Part shown: positions 12,543-26,025 of the stretch, piece after piece
Layout of the letters: every line of letters begins with the position of its first letter
How positions within the stretch are numbered: the first letter of the stretch is position 1
Source of the DNA: Octopus vulgaris
Lineage: Eukaryota
Direction of reading: 5' to 3'
Assembly: GCA_951406725.2 (NCBI GenBank)
Contig: OX597814.1
Span: 153,016,001 to 153,080,000 of the forward strand
Length of the DNA: 64,000 bases
Made by a program: the position numbers and the translations under genes
Notes under the pieces: generated by a model
The model's input: only the letters and a program-made list of their open reading frames with translations
Told to the model about the DNA's origin: nothing
The model's database searches: none

Positions 12543-12927
12543 TAGCAGTATCGCCCGGCGTTGCTCAGGTTTGTAAGGGAAATAACTATAAAGCATTTTT
12601 AGAGAGTTATAACCAAAAAATAGCAAAAAAATGGAAAAAAATGATGGTAAATTTTTTTTTGAGAGTTAAAAAAGGATGGAGTTGCGTCCCCTAGACAGTT
12701 TGTGGTTCGTGTTTCTGATTCTCGACCCCATGTCGAATTTATCGATTTTTTTCAGAACTGGGGAAACTTTTCAAAATTTTGGCTGCGTTAGTTTTGAATT
12801 ATGACATTGGGCTATGTGTGTGTCAAGTTTCATCAGAATCGGTTGAAAGCCGTGATCAGGGTGAGGGTACAAGCAAACAGACACACAGAAACACGCACAG
12901 ACAAACTGCCGTTTATATATAGAGAGA
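12542..12927 (-). mobile_element. Non-autonomous Helitron
   Basis: Minus strand 5' TCTCTCTATATATAAA ... 3' hairpin CCTGAGCAACGCCGGG followed by CTAG; inserted in A|T within (AT)n. Confidence 0.85.
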
Positions 12928-13333
12928 TATATATACATATATTATGTGCATTTTTGTTCTTTTTATGTTTTTCACTCCAGTTCAACATGTGAAAAAAACA
13001 CTTTTTCATCAAAGCTTTCCACTATATATATATATATATATATATATATGGGGTAGAAAGGGCTCCTTAGCCGTAGTGAAGGCAATCTATCTAGGGAGAT
13101 AACCTTGCAATAAATCACTGGGTCCGTAGCTTAGAAATACTGGTTGACGTCCAGCGGGAACAGCTTTGTTTCATGGAGGAGGAAAGATCTTCTTTAGTAC
13201 TTGGTTGTACAATGCTTTCCAATGTGTGTAGTAGTGGCGTGCGCACACATTATTAGCCATTTGAAAAGACTATGGAATTTAGTCTCGACCACGGTCGAAC
13301 AATGATGATGATGATAAAGTACCGAAACAAAAC

Positions 13334-13392
13334 AGGCACCGCTGAGACTCGAATCGCTGGATTCAGAGTGCTAACCATTACACCATAGAACC
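13334..13392 (-). pseudogene. tRNA-Gln pseudogene
   Basis: 5' part intact (gtgctaaccattacaccatagaacc); 7-nt deletion in the anticodon arm, ~6-nt deletion in the T arm, decayed 3' acceptor strand. Confidence 0.85.
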
Positions 13393-13609
13393 TAATAAAT
13401 AGGCAAGTGTACTTCATCTTTAAATTAAATTTTATGTCATGTCTTTCCAGGTGTTCATATTTGTATGTATGAAAGCAAATGGGGCGATTGCCTCAGGCAT
13501 ACCGTAAATCCTCGAGTATAATCCGCATTTTCCCCCAAAATTTAAAGGTCAAAATCCCTAGTGCGTATTATATACGAGGTTAGAAAGGAAAATTATTTTC
13601 TTAGCAATG

Positions 13610-14255
13610 TCCGAGTCTCTGTTTGCTGTCCGGCAATGTTTATTCAACTGCAAGCTATTGAATGGCGGGGTATCGTTGGTGAATTGGAAAGCCAAAGATA
13701 CGCCAGAAAGCCTCGTTGCTACTTATGTACCGTCCCACCTGATAATGCGTCACCTCATCCTGGCAGTATTCTTGTTGAAGTTCAAACATTGCAGCGTCAG
13801 AACCCTTGTTTACATATTTGCAAACGTACTTGATGGATTTAACGGAGTTGCAAAACTCAACGTTGATGTGAGCATTGAAAGTCTTTGACAGGAGTGGACA
13901 GTATGGAACAATCCATCTATTATCAATATCGTGCTGTCCGATAGTGGCTGTGAAACCTCCGTCTTCTGGTTTTCTGCGTCTGTATGATGGATACCCATCA
14001 GCACCTGTGTGAGTTTCTTGTAGGAACCTCCTTGGAAATCTTTTTGAACATATGCTGTCCTTCAAGCATGGTGTGTTTATGTTGAATCCACGCCCACATG
14101 GACCATGTACCATGTTTGCTTTAACTATTTCGTATAGTTCTTTGTCTAAAGCTGGATCAGGAAGCTCTGCAGAGATTATCTTGTCGATGTCATTGGAATT
14201 GATCATCGCTGAGAGCCAAAGCAGGATATGAGCATGTGGATGGCCCCCTTTTTTG
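13610..14255 (-). mobile_element. Helitron RepHel, Rep (HUH) domain fragment
   Basis: PHAHILLWL, ISAELPDP, MVHGPCG, GYPSYRRR, DNRWIVPY, AHINVEFC, KYVCKYVNKG (YxxKY); the N-terminal part of ORF 13655-14605 reads through SINE sequence. Confidence 0.93.
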
Positions 14256-15204
14256 CCACTCGATTGTGTACATGTCACATTGTATGGGCTTGCCCTTTTT
14301 GTATGAGCTCCATGAGAGAGATTAACTTCAGATGGAAAACTCGGGCGTTGAGATTCCGGTTCGAATGTAAGGCAGGTTTGAAAGTGTTCCCAACAGTTAT
14401 TAGTTGTATTGGTAGAGTGTTTATGCCGAATATGTACGTATGCAAGTATATATATGTATGTATGCCTGTATATATGTACAAAATCCACTGATAATGTTTT
14501 TGTTATTCTGAGGCTACAGCAGAAGACACATGCCAAGTCACCACACAGTGGGACTGAACCCAGGACCATGTGTTTGGAACGTAGTTTGTTACCACACAGC
14601 CACACCTGCCCCTATGTGTGTGTGTGTGTGTGCATATGTGTGTATAGGTAGATATATTATGCATGTATATATGTGTATATATATGTGTACATATTACATG
14701 TACATCTATGTATATACATCTACACATAAAATACAAAATACAAAGTTATATCTTGATATCGCTAGTGATAACAATACTCAAAATATATAATAGACTGGAA
14801 TTGTAGGCCCGTCTCTTGCAATTTCGATCAATTGGATCTTGTCCTCCCTCTTGTATGGAAGTGTACGGCTGCAGCGAAATCCATTTTGGGACTTTCTTCT
14901 ATCGAAGGCATTTTAACAAAAATGCTTCCGTAAAGACGGTGAAAATATTGTCAATTTCCCCAAACAGGGACAAAATTAATTTTTTAAACAATAACCAAGG
15001 CCCCTTCTCCGAAAGGGGGAGGGTTACGGTTTACAATTATTTAACAAATGCAACACAACAACGTTTCCCTGAGGAGGAACCAACAAACGTAATTACAATA
15101 GTCAAACAGTAATAATAATAACAATAAACCTTTTTAATTTATCCCCATTTATGTGAAACCACATATTCAAGTTGAAATCATTGATGCAATTTTATACGAA
15201 TTGC

Positions 15205-15269
<65 letters not shown>

Positions 15270-15399
15270 ATAAGGGTGAAAAATTGAATATTAATTTGAT
15301 TAATATGAATTGAAAACCAGTGGTGTAGCATATGAGACCATAGCGGATCTTCTTCTAGCAAAAAGGATGACCATTATTAATGGTTCATCCCTGTTATAT

Positions 15400-15697
15400 A
15401 ATACTTTCACTTTATTAGTTTCAGTATTAAAATGAAAGTATCTGCATTACAAAAGAGAGATGTTTTTGTTTCACTTTTAAAACGTAATACTGAAATAGTG
15501 GAGAAGATATGATATTGCTGTGGGGTCGCCCTAGGGAAAAAGTTAAGATTTTTTTGCCGATGACACTCCCCGGCCCTTAAGTAAGGCATGTGTAAAATTT
15601 GAATGAAATTGGTTGTGTAGTTCTCAAGTTTTAGGGAAACACACAGACAGACAGACAGACACACACACACACATCTCAGTTTTATATATATAGAGAT
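15400..15697 (-). mobile_element. Non-autonomous Helitron 5' portion
   Basis: Ends in cagttttatatatatagaga (5' TC terminus on minus), with the (CAGA)n(CA)n and aaatttgaatgaaattgg motifs shared with 12542-12927. Confidence 0.55.
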
Positions 15698-15914
15698 ACT
15701 ATATCATTCATATTATGGACGTATATCTTCTGTGATTTTTTTTATATAATTTTTCCTGCTCTTACTTTATAATACGCACACACACACACACACACATACA
15801 CATATATATATATATATACACACAGGGTGTTCGGAAAGTCTCACCGCAGTAATTTATTGCAAAATAAATATTTATAAAATGGTATAATAAAAAATATTAT
15901 TATCATCATTATCG

Positions 15915-16199
15915 TTTTCTGAATTACTTTCAATCGCACTAGACTCGCGCACAACATCACTTGTAGACATGATTGTCGATTCACAAGCACTCGTAGACGG
16001 ACTTGTAAGTTTCTTTTTAAAAACAAGTCTAGAGTTGTCTGCTTAGAAGAAGCTTTTTTTCGCGATCTATAAATTTCTGGGTGACACGCAGAAGCATTTG
16101 TTATGGTAGTAGAAACTTTTGCACTTCATTCAAAATTTGGATCCTGTGCTTGAAAAATAAACTCGTAAATCCGGGGTCTCGTAAAGTGAGGTATTACTG
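15915..16199 (-). mobile_element. Partial Tigger/pogo-like MITE, same family as 40818-41456
   Basis: Ends CTCGTAAAGTGAGGTATTACTG|TA; interior is the reverse complement of ~40870-41100. Confidence 0.75.
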
Positions 16200-16362
16200 T
16201 ATGTGTGTGTGTGTGAGGATATTATTGTTTATAATAGTATGAGTAGCTTAGCATGCCTAAAAAAACCTGTAATGGTATATATATATAAAATAATGTGGGA
16301 GGTAATCAAATTAGACAGATCTATATATAAAATATATCAAATAGATTTAATACAAAATATGT

Positions 16363-16426
<64 letters not shown>

Positions 16427-16671
16427 AAACACACACACACACATACATACACACACACATTGTGAAAGCAAGTGGATTAATGGTTAGAATATTCGGTTCA
16501 CGAGTGGTATGCTGTGAGGATAAAAAATCCTGTTTAACACACTTGCAAAGAAAACATCCAAGCCCCGATTTCAAAGGTTAATAAAAAGCAAACCCATGAA
16601 GATACAAGAAAAAAACTTTGCATTTCTACAAAGTACATTAAGTAACATTGCGATTGAAGTGGTTTTGAAAA

Positions 16672-16915
16672 TTGTATCACTTAAGTGAGACCTTAAGAGA
16701 GATCTTGCTGCATGAAAATCAAACCCCATGCATAGCACTCATGGAAACTCATCTGAGCCCTCATATAGAGGATGCAGAAGTACACGTACCAAAATTTACC
16801 ATACTGCGAACAGACAGAAGAGAAATGTGCCATGGTGGAGTTACTGTATACATCTGTGAAGACCTCACACCCCAGGTCTTACTGTCCTGCTCAAATTCAG
16901 TATGTGACACTCTAA
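16672..16915 (+). mobile_element. LINE apurinic endonuclease fragment
   Basis: IALMETHL...FTILRTDR...HGGVTVYI, APE motifs. Confidence 0.75.
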
Positions 16916-18810
16916 TTTTTTTTACCGAAAAGGTTTCTCTAATGATTTTTAAGTGCATAGTGCCAAAAGATTGACAAAAATCCGTCCGGAGTGATGTAGT
17001 AAGAGGATGAGGTGAAAAAAAAAATCATATATTTTTACAAAGATATTTTTTTTCATCAAAAGATGCCTCATGTCATTTCGAAAGCCGTAGTCAAAAATAA
17101 AAGGGGAATCCCCGTCAAAACGGAGAAAATCCAACTTATGTGGGCATTCTGATCCGAAACTTCGACAAAAATTTTTAAAAATTTATTTTTTTCATCCCCA
17201 GCTCCAACCGGACCGATTTTGGTCATTTTTTTTTTTTTGTTTTTTGTTTTTTTGCATTACGCACTTACTGGGAGAAGCCTTTTCAGTAAAATAAATAAAT
17301 AAATAAATAAATGAATAAATAAATGAATAAATAAATAAATGAATAAATAAATAAATAAATAAAATGAAAATAGTTTCAGAAAAGGGTGTCGGATGTAAGG
17401 AAGTTATTGTTTCTAGCACATCCTACGACCACCTGGTACCTTATTCGAGGGCTGAGGGTAAAGATTTAAATTTCAAATCTTTTTGTTGCTAAAATCCCAG
17501 CAATGGACCACACTTGGCTAAACATTCCATAATCATCATCATTCCATAAAATGTGTTAATAGGGAGCAAAATATTGAAAAACATCAATACATGTGAGTGT
17601 GACAAAGAAAGGAGGAAGGTGGTTGTAGGAAGTGCTAGAAACAACAACCAAATCTTCCTTAAATCACATAACTTTTCAACTGAAAATATTTTCAAATTTT
17701 TAGAACTTTTTCGCTTTTTTTACCGAAAAATTGGCAAAAAAAAAAGGGGGCGGAGATGACGGTGAAAAATATCATAAATTTTCAAAAATTTCTTCTTCAT
17801 CAAAAGCTTCACCTCAACATTTGCAAGGCAGCGGTGAAAAAAAAATTGAAAAATCCAACTCATGTGGGCGTCCTGATCCGAAACTTTATGTTCTTAACGC
17901 TTAGCACCAATGATCTTAAGGTATCCAGTCGTGACCATAGTTTATCTAGGACTACATTATCCAATATCTTAAAAAAAAAAAAAAACGATAGTATTTGTCT
18001 TGAAGGATATTTGGTTGTTATATCTAACAGGTCGACCAATATCGTGATATGATGCAATTTTTGACGACGATGATGATGATGATGACGACGACGACGACGA
18101 TGACGATGACGACGACGACGACGACGACGATTAGCACCCTCTCCACTAAGTCAGCCCACGCCATACAAAAATGTCCTATTGTTTTTTTAAAAAAGACCAG
18201 GCGTGATTTGAGAGACACTGCTGCTATTTATAGAAACCATGTACAGCCTCTGTATGTAGTAAACCACATACAAGTAGCAACTCAATAGCCCATTGTCATC
18301 ATCACTTTACATTCGCCTCCCATTGCAGTAAAAGTTAAGCAGGTCGCCATTGTCCAAATTTGTTCATATTCGTAGTTACTGCCTTCCTGGATTTGTTGGA
18401 GGACCGCATTAGTGAGGTAGCTATGTCCTCGATCAGACTAAAGAGATTTATTGACCTTGCTTTGTCTCCTCTCGTTCACCAATCACTTTACAGATGCTTT
18501 TGATCATGGTATCAGCAAAGGCATAAGCGTCCTCGCCATTGTATTGTATCTCTAAACTTTCAATGCAGTGTAATGAAGAAGGTGAATAGATGTGTGAATG
18601 ATAGAGAGGTTGCGAGCTGTGACAGAAGGGCGTAGGTGAATGCATGAAGAGAACAAATGTATGAAAAAGAAACTGAGTGATTTGGGTAAGGCGGTGGTAG
18701 AGAAGGGAATAATGCAAGAGAGACAGAGCTAGAGGAAGTAATGGAAAAATGACAGTTATGGTTGTCAGTAGTAGGGGAGGGACAGTAATGGTAGCTACAT
18801 GTTTGCTAGC

Positions 18811-18860
<50 letters not shown>

Positions 18861-19204
18861 AATTGATAGTAATAGAGGAGAGTGATGGCAAGAAAGTGTT
18901 GATGTTGATAATGAATGGCCTGGGAGAAAGGGATTTATAACTGGCAGCGCAGAACGTTTGATGGATGAGTGAAACAGTTGCAAATATATATTGCTTGACG
19001 GGAAAGAGAGGTGGAGTAAGAACGATGATAATAAGTCTAAACACAACGAAAAACATACACAGGTCCAATACTATCCTTCGTTACACTGGTATTTTGGTAC
19101 AGTAAATAGGAAACAAACAGTTCATGCTGGATGAGCCACAGAGAGACGGGAGGGTCAGACTGATCTAAAGCCATCTCAGTTACACAGGCAGTTTATAAAA
19201 AAGA

Positions 19205-19454
19205 AAATGTTCCTTCTCGAGCCATGCCAGGCTCATAAGGACCGGTTTCCCGGTTTCAGTGGCGTAGAAATTCCCCACCTGGACGGGACGCTGGCCCGTC
19301 GCAGGATTACTCATTTTTGCCAGCTGAGTGGACTGGAGCAACGTGAAATGAAGTGTTTTGCTCAAGAACTCAACGCATCGCCCGGCCCAGGAATCGAAAC
19401 CACAACCTTACGATCATAAATTCAACACCCTAACCACTAAGCTACGCGCCTCCA
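19205..19454 (-). mobile_element. tRNA-derived SINE family 2
   Basis: Minus strand TGGAGGCGCGTAGCTTAGTGG (A box) ... GGTTTCGATTCC (B box), then CACTTCATTTCACGTTGCTCCAGTCCACTCAGCTG body. Confidence 0.85.
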
Positions 19455-19619
19455 CAACGAGCAGTTTGGTAGAGTGAGTACAAGACAGGTTACTGGGGAG
19501 AGTGCGACTGATACAGAGATGACTGGTAGTGAGTTGAAAAAGTATCAAAGAGATAGGGCTGACAGCAGATGGCCAATGAAAAGATGGCCAATTTATTATA
19601 TTACTCAGCCTCGAATAGT

Positions 19620-20000
19620 ACCACCGTTTTAATGTTTGTAAAAGTAGAGCCTTTTCCTGCACCAATCATCGCGATCTTTTGGCATTTCTTTCATGAAACT
19701 CCCTATCCGGAGATCGATTTTCCACACTTCATTCCGTGTCACAGTTTCATTTGGTTTGAGTGTCCTGCACGCTTTTCTACAGCTGTCGTCCCCCATTCGC
19801 ATCATATGTCTCTATTGGCAATTTTATCTCTTTTTCACTATATTCCATTCCTCCTATATCCAATTTTCCTCTCAGCATATTTGTACTCTATCGTCCATGT
19901 TCGCTAACATAAGACGTCTAGCGGATCATGCTTACTTCATTTTTAATTCTTTGCACAATATCTGCATTTTGAATTGATGTCTCTCTACAATACAGCATTG
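19620..20000 (-). mobile_element. Old RTE-like LINE C-terminal remnant
   Basis: Reverse complement of ~19775-19825 reads RHMMRMGDD, similar to the RTE GHxxRM motif; heavily decayed. Confidence 0.4.
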
Positions 20001-20369
20001 CAATTTCGATACAGACACCACACAAATCTGCTCTACACTCTACAAGAGAAAATTTCCCTGAACTTTTCCATCACGTCGCATTTCTGCTGTTGTTATTACT
20101 GCTGCTGCTGTGGCTGTTGTTGTTCAAAAGCAGCCCAATCATGACACGTACATACGTACATACACATTTAACATTACCTAAATAGCACTAAATAAAAGCC
20201 ATATTCATGACTGGAATGCTTTTGATTATAAGTCTAAACGATCAGGTTGATACAGGGCTGAACAATAGCAACAGTAGTAGCAGTAGCAGCAGCAACAACA
20301 ACAGGGAAAGTGAGTATTCTGAAAATGTAGCAACAGTACGACAGGTTCTAAGAGGTATTATCTCTGATA

Positions 20370-20601
20370 AAGGCAGCGAGCTGGCAGAAACGTTAGCACG
20401 CCGGGCGAAATGCATAGCCGTATTTCATCTGCCGTTACATTCTGAGTTCAAATTCTGCCGAGGTCGACTTTGCCTTTCATCCTTTCGAGGTCGATAAATT
20501 AAGTACCAGTTACGCACTGGGGTCGATGTAATCGACTTAATCCGTTTGTCTGTCTTTGTTTGTCCCCTCTGTGTTTAGCCCCTTGTGGGCAATAAAGAAA
20601 T
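20370..20601 (+). mobile_element. SINE family 1 monomer (tail A) with TSD
   Basis: A/B boxes, central domain, tail ending AATAAAGAAAT; TSD AGGTATTATCTCTG at 20353-20366 and 20602-20615. Confidence 0.92.
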
Positions 20602-21716
20602 AGGTATTATCTCTGCTAGTAACAAAAGTTTTTTTTTCTTATCTCATATTGTAGGAAGATTGGGTAGGAGGCAGGTTACTGTAGAGAGTACGACTGTTAC
20701 AGAGATGACTGATAGGGGGTAGAGAGAGCATCAAAGAGGAAAGGTTAGCAATAGCTGGAAGTCTTTTTTTTTAGGATAAAAGCTGTTTAAATATCAATAA
20801 ATTAAAATTACGTGTTTGAAAACAAAATTAGTTCTTTGTTAAAAATATACCGATCTAAGTTTAAATATCTGCAACCTTTTACCTTTTACTTGTTTCAGAA
20901 TTAGACTGCGGCCATGCTGGGGCACTGCCTTCAAGAACTTTTTAGCTGAATGAATTGACCCCAATGATTATTTGTTTAAGCCTGGTGCTTATTTTATCGG
21001 CCTTATATATGTAGTGGATCTTGCATGCATGAAGTGGATTCGATCCACCATAGCCAAATTTAAATTAACACTGCTACAGAACTTTTCCCACGGTGGAACA
21101 ATGTTTTTTTCTCTGACAGCAGTTTTACATCTTCCAGATGCCTTTAGCTAGGCCGAAATAATATCTTCACCACTTGACCCTTTGTAACCTCTTCTACTTC
21201 ACCAAAAGCTAGAATAGAGATAACAAGACCCCCCAATTAGATCTATTCTTCTCAATGATATATCTATCCTTCTGGATAGTTATATAAACAATCACACCCC
21301 AAGCAAAAATCAGTTAGTCACATGGTGACGACTCAACGAAGTCTGGCTGACCAGCTACAACCTTGGTCAGAGGGAGAAAGCAGCTGTGAGACAACACCCT
21401 ACAATTCTCTCTAGCTCTAATTCTGTCTCCGCAATTACTACTAAACAATGAAGAGAACCCAAACACAAACTTTACTTCACATGCCTTTGGATTTATCATT
21501 AACCTGCTCGTCGAGGCAAGGTATTTGTAACGTAACGGTAAATAAATACTTTCTTAAAACTTCATGCATTGTTCATCTTACACATCCTATAGTATGCGAT
21601 TATAATAACAAAAATTTTTTATCGTCACACCTGCTGTCACCAACATTGCATAATATTGTTTACCAATCATTTTCTGCCGTTACAATTAGTGACTACACCA
21701 AAACAAATATTTGCCG

Positions 21717-21782
<66 letters not shown>

Positions 21783-22231
21783 GTGTGTGTGTGTGCGCGC
21801 GCGCGTGTGTGTATCTGTGTGTGTGTCTTTGTGTCTGTGTTTGACCCCACCTAACCGCTAAACAACCGGTTTTGATGTGTTTACGTCCTCGTCATCTAGC
21901 GGTTCAGTAAAAGAGTACTAGGCTTAAGAAATAAGTCCTAGGTTCGATTTGTTCCATTAAAACCCTCTAAGGTGGTGCTCCAGCATGGCCGCAGTTAAAT
22001 GACCGAGACAAGTAAAAAAAATATTTAAAAAAAAAGAATATTTTCTACATCTTTTTGTACTAGAGCGAAAACTTGGCCTTTTGACTTCCTAATTCCTATA
22101 ATATCGGAATTTGTTTTAAAAAATATAAGTAATAATCGATTATAAATAATAATCGAAATAATTGCTAAATGTTGTTCAACCGTGACTATTTCATCCATTT
22201 TTTTAATCCCTGGTGTATACATTCAACTTCT

Positions 22232-22651
22232 GGATCTTTTCGGCAGTTTTTTCTAGCGGTGTCATATGAAATTGTCACCCATAATTATGACCCTAGTATC
22301 GATCTATTGCATTTCAATCTGTTTTAGGGTTAGGGTTAGTTAGGGTTAGGGTGGGGGGGAAGGGTATCTTTTTTTTCTTCACAAATGTAAATAAACTCAA
22401 TCTGTTTCTTAAACGAGGGACATATTCATACGGCACAGAATGTTTTTCACCTCAATGGACGTCATTGATTGGTTGAAATTGCAGAAATTGAAGAAAAAAA
22501 ATAACAAATATCTTACAAACTATAGAATTTTCTCAATAAAGCCAAGAGAAAAAGATGTTTTATAAACACATTCTACCAGTATACAAAGTTTAAAAGTGTT
22601 TAGTTACGTGGAAATTATTTTAAGAAACTGCCGTTCAAACCGAAAATATCC
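22232..22651 (+). mobile_element. Merlin-like MITE, family B, with TTAGGG tract
   Basis: GGATCTTTTCGG...CCGTTCAAACCGAAAATATCC termini; internal TTAGGGTTAGGGTTAGTTAGGGTTAGGG; flanks CAACTTCT/CAGATTTT match only 5/8. Confidence 0.88.
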
Positions 22652-23931
22652 CAGATTTTAAATGTTTCTCGCCTTTTAAGACGGTAAGAATAGTTTCCCC
22701 ACATTATTTCGAATATGCGTCAGTGGTTGTTGAAACTTAGGTTATCCATTCCATTATTGGCAGCTCATCATGGGAAAAACTATTTTATATACACTACATT
22801 TTTTTACTCAGTGTCATTTATAACAAAGCACATTCCTTTCCAGTGATAAGGAACTCCCACCTCAACCCCACTTGTAATACACCTTCAATGTACAAATATC
22901 AACTAAAGGCAGCCTATTTATCTCATAACCGGACCTACATGGCTGCAATGAACAAAAGTCAATGAAACATCCTTGTTTTTTTTTTTTCCTGTGCAGTATC
23001 ACTACACTCATCAAAGAAATAGTCCTATATATTACCTCCTTTAGTCATGAATAATAGACAATCTAAACGCTTAAATTCACTAGAATTTGTGGTTCCCGCA
23101 GAGACCCACATATATAACATTACTTAAACAGTATTGATAAAAGGAAAATATTGATATTATTCTTTAGAACTAGAAAAATTTTCAGCTTTAATTAGTTTCT
23201 GGCCCGCTTCATAACTTAAAACTGCATTGAGGGTACTGTTCATACGAGCCAATGGGGGAGCCCCAATAAGGTTGCTCAACCTGCTAGAAAAAGCAACCAT
23301 ACCTCCTTCAAATCATGCGTGTTAGCGTGTAATTGGAAGAAAATATGGTTGCTCATTAAAAAGGGAAGGATATTAAAAAGCTCATATATCTGGAATGATT
23401 CTGCTGTTTACATAATCAGTCATCCTAGACCACATTCAAACAACCACTACCTCACAAATTCGCCATATCTCGTCTCTGCCGCTTCTATCACTACTTTAAT
23501 AGCCTTTGCAACTACTCTGAACTTGTTGCATACTTTCTCTGCCCAGCTACCCAACTTCGTATCTCTCATCCTTTCTTCGCTCCGGTTAAGTTTTACCTCT
23601 AAGACCCTATCCGCACTAATCCTTCCACTACAGACTGTAGTCCTCCAGATTCCTTCCCCATATACATCTTTTCTTTCCTGCAGACGTGGCCTATAATAGT
23701 CCAAAATGAGCCTCAACTGCCTCATTTTTACCAGTTTTGAAGCTCTATGAAAATGGCTGTTGTCTTGTGTTACCTGGCTCTACAAAGTTTCTGTATACAG
23801 TTTCTACTCTTCTTGTCTTATTACCTGGATCTACAAAGATATTGGGTTCACAATAACTAAACTACTAAAAAAATGTAGTAGACTTTTTTAAATCTCGATT
23901 GATTCTGTCATACATCACTCCCAATTATTTA

Positions 23932-24145
23932 AGGCGATGAACTGGCAGAATCGTTACCGCGACGGGCAAAATGTTTAACAGCTTTTAGTCCGTCTTCACG
24001 TTCTGAGTTAAAATTCTGCAGAGGCTGACTTTGCCTTTCATCCTTTCGGGGTCGATGTAATAAGTACCAGTGAAGCACTGGGGCCGATCTAAACGACTAG
24101 TCTCTTCCACCAAACTTGCTGGCTTTGTGTTAAATTCGAGACCAA
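23932..24145 (+). mobile_element. SINE family 1 monomer (diverged)
   Basis: aaggcgatgaactggcagaatcgtt...gcctttcatcctttcggggtcgat. Confidence 0.8.
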
Positions 24146-24284
24146 TATTTAATAGTGGTCTATTGTCTAATAGCTTTGTTCCACATTAAAGCGGAAAATT
24201 AACCGATACTATATACTATATCCGTGTATGTTGTTACTAGGAATTAAGTGGTGAATTTACAGCACCTTCAAAGTGCCGAAGAGA

Positions 24285-25694
24285 ACTCCTTGCGGGCACT
24301 GGCAAGACGTTTTTCGTCAAACTTTTGTTAGCAAAAGTCCGTCTAGACGGGTGCATTTCATTGGCGGTAGCATCTTCTAGAATCGCAGCAACTCTCTTGA
24401 CAGGTAGTCCAACAGTTCATTCTACTTTCAAGCTTCCCTTGAATTTAGTTAGCACAGAGACTCCAATTTGCAACATCTCTAAGACATCAGCATAGGCCAA
24501 GGTCTTGCAGCAGATGTGCTTGATATTCTGGGATGAATGCACCATGTCTCACCGAGGAGCACTTGTAGCTGTTGACCGTAGCCTAAGAGATTTGAGAGGA
24601 AAGGACATTCCCATGGGTGGTGTCACTGTAGTTTTGGCTGGGGATTTCAGACAAATTCTTCCTGTGGTCCAAAAAGGTACAAAGGTAGATGAACTAAAGA
24701 CCTGTCTCAAGCAATCCTATCTGTGGAGGGAAGTGACCAAACTGCACCTGACAGTTAACATGAGGAACCAATTATTTGTTGATCAAATTGCCGGGCTATT
24801 TGCACGCTAGCTTTTGCACATAGGGAATGGGCAACTACCTTATGTCCACCAAATGCAGCAACACAAGCTACCCTATGGTGAGATGATACCAACTATCAAT
24901 AATCTCAAAATGCATATTTCCAAACATTGCACAAAACTTTAGCAACAGTCAATGGCTAATGATGCTGTCGACAAAATCAATTGGGATCTCTTGCAGCTGT
25001 TGCCAGGACAAGAGCAGTCTTTCAAATCTATCGAAACTGTCATTGATCAGGACCAAACTGTAGTTTCTCCAGCTGAGTGCCTGAACTCTACATCCATATG
25101 GGATACCACCTCACAAATTAACACCTAAAAAGGGAGCCCCAAACATGCTGCTCAGGAATCTGGATCCACCTCACATGTGCAATGGCACCAAACTGGTGTT
25201 GAAAGCGATGTCACCCCCATGTCCTAGAGGCAGCAATTATCGCTGGAGAATATAAGAGTGGGAATGTCTTCATTCCACGGATCTCGTTAATCCCAATGGA
25301 CCTCCCCTTTAAATTTAAACAGTTCCAGTTCCCAGTGAAACTAAGTTTTGCTATGTCGATAAACAAATCTCAAGGACAATCTCTCAAGGTTGTTGGACTT
25401 AACCTTGTTTCTCCTTGCTTCTCTCATGGCCAATTATATGTAAGATGTTCACGAATTAGAAGTCCCAAAACTCTTTTTATATGCATCCCAGTTAAAGCAC
25501 ACACTGAAAAAATTGTATATCTGAAGTTCTACTAAATTAAACTGTGATTGATTTCAGTATTTGGTTTAATAACTTTATTTATACTCACGTCATCTGATGG
25601 AATTTTTATGAAAATATATTTTTTATCAGAATAAATATATCTATTTCCTCTACCATTCTTTAAACTTCAAAGCAACGCCGGTTACTTAGGCTAG
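24285..25694 (+). mobile_element. Helitron PIF1-like helicase pseudogene with its native 3' end
   Basis: GTGKT Walker A at ~24295, IFWDECTM, GGVTVVLAGDFRQILPVV, QFPVKLSFAMSINKSQGQSL, HGQLYV; 3' GCAACGCCGG...CTAG|T at 25672-25695; stops and frameshifts. Confidence 0.92.
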
Positions 25695-25877
25695 TTATGT
25701 ATAAAATCATCTATTGTTAATCAGTATACCAACTTACTTACAAACAAATTTTTGCAGGACCTTCAAGACTTCATGGTCAATAACTTTAAATGTATTTACG
25801 TGTTACTTTTTTGATTGAATTGTCCTGAATAAACAGAAAACAAATTATGAAATGAGAGAACACGGAATATGGAAATA

Positions 25878-26025
<148 letters not shown>

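Noticed and set aside
13655-14605. 316-aa ORF as an intact gene
   Set aside because: Its first ~115 aa read through a SINE and simple repeats; only the remainder is Helitron Rep.
23447-23725. 92-aa minus-strand ORF
   Set aside because: No diagnostic motif; it may be an old LINE C-terminus, but support is too weak to call.
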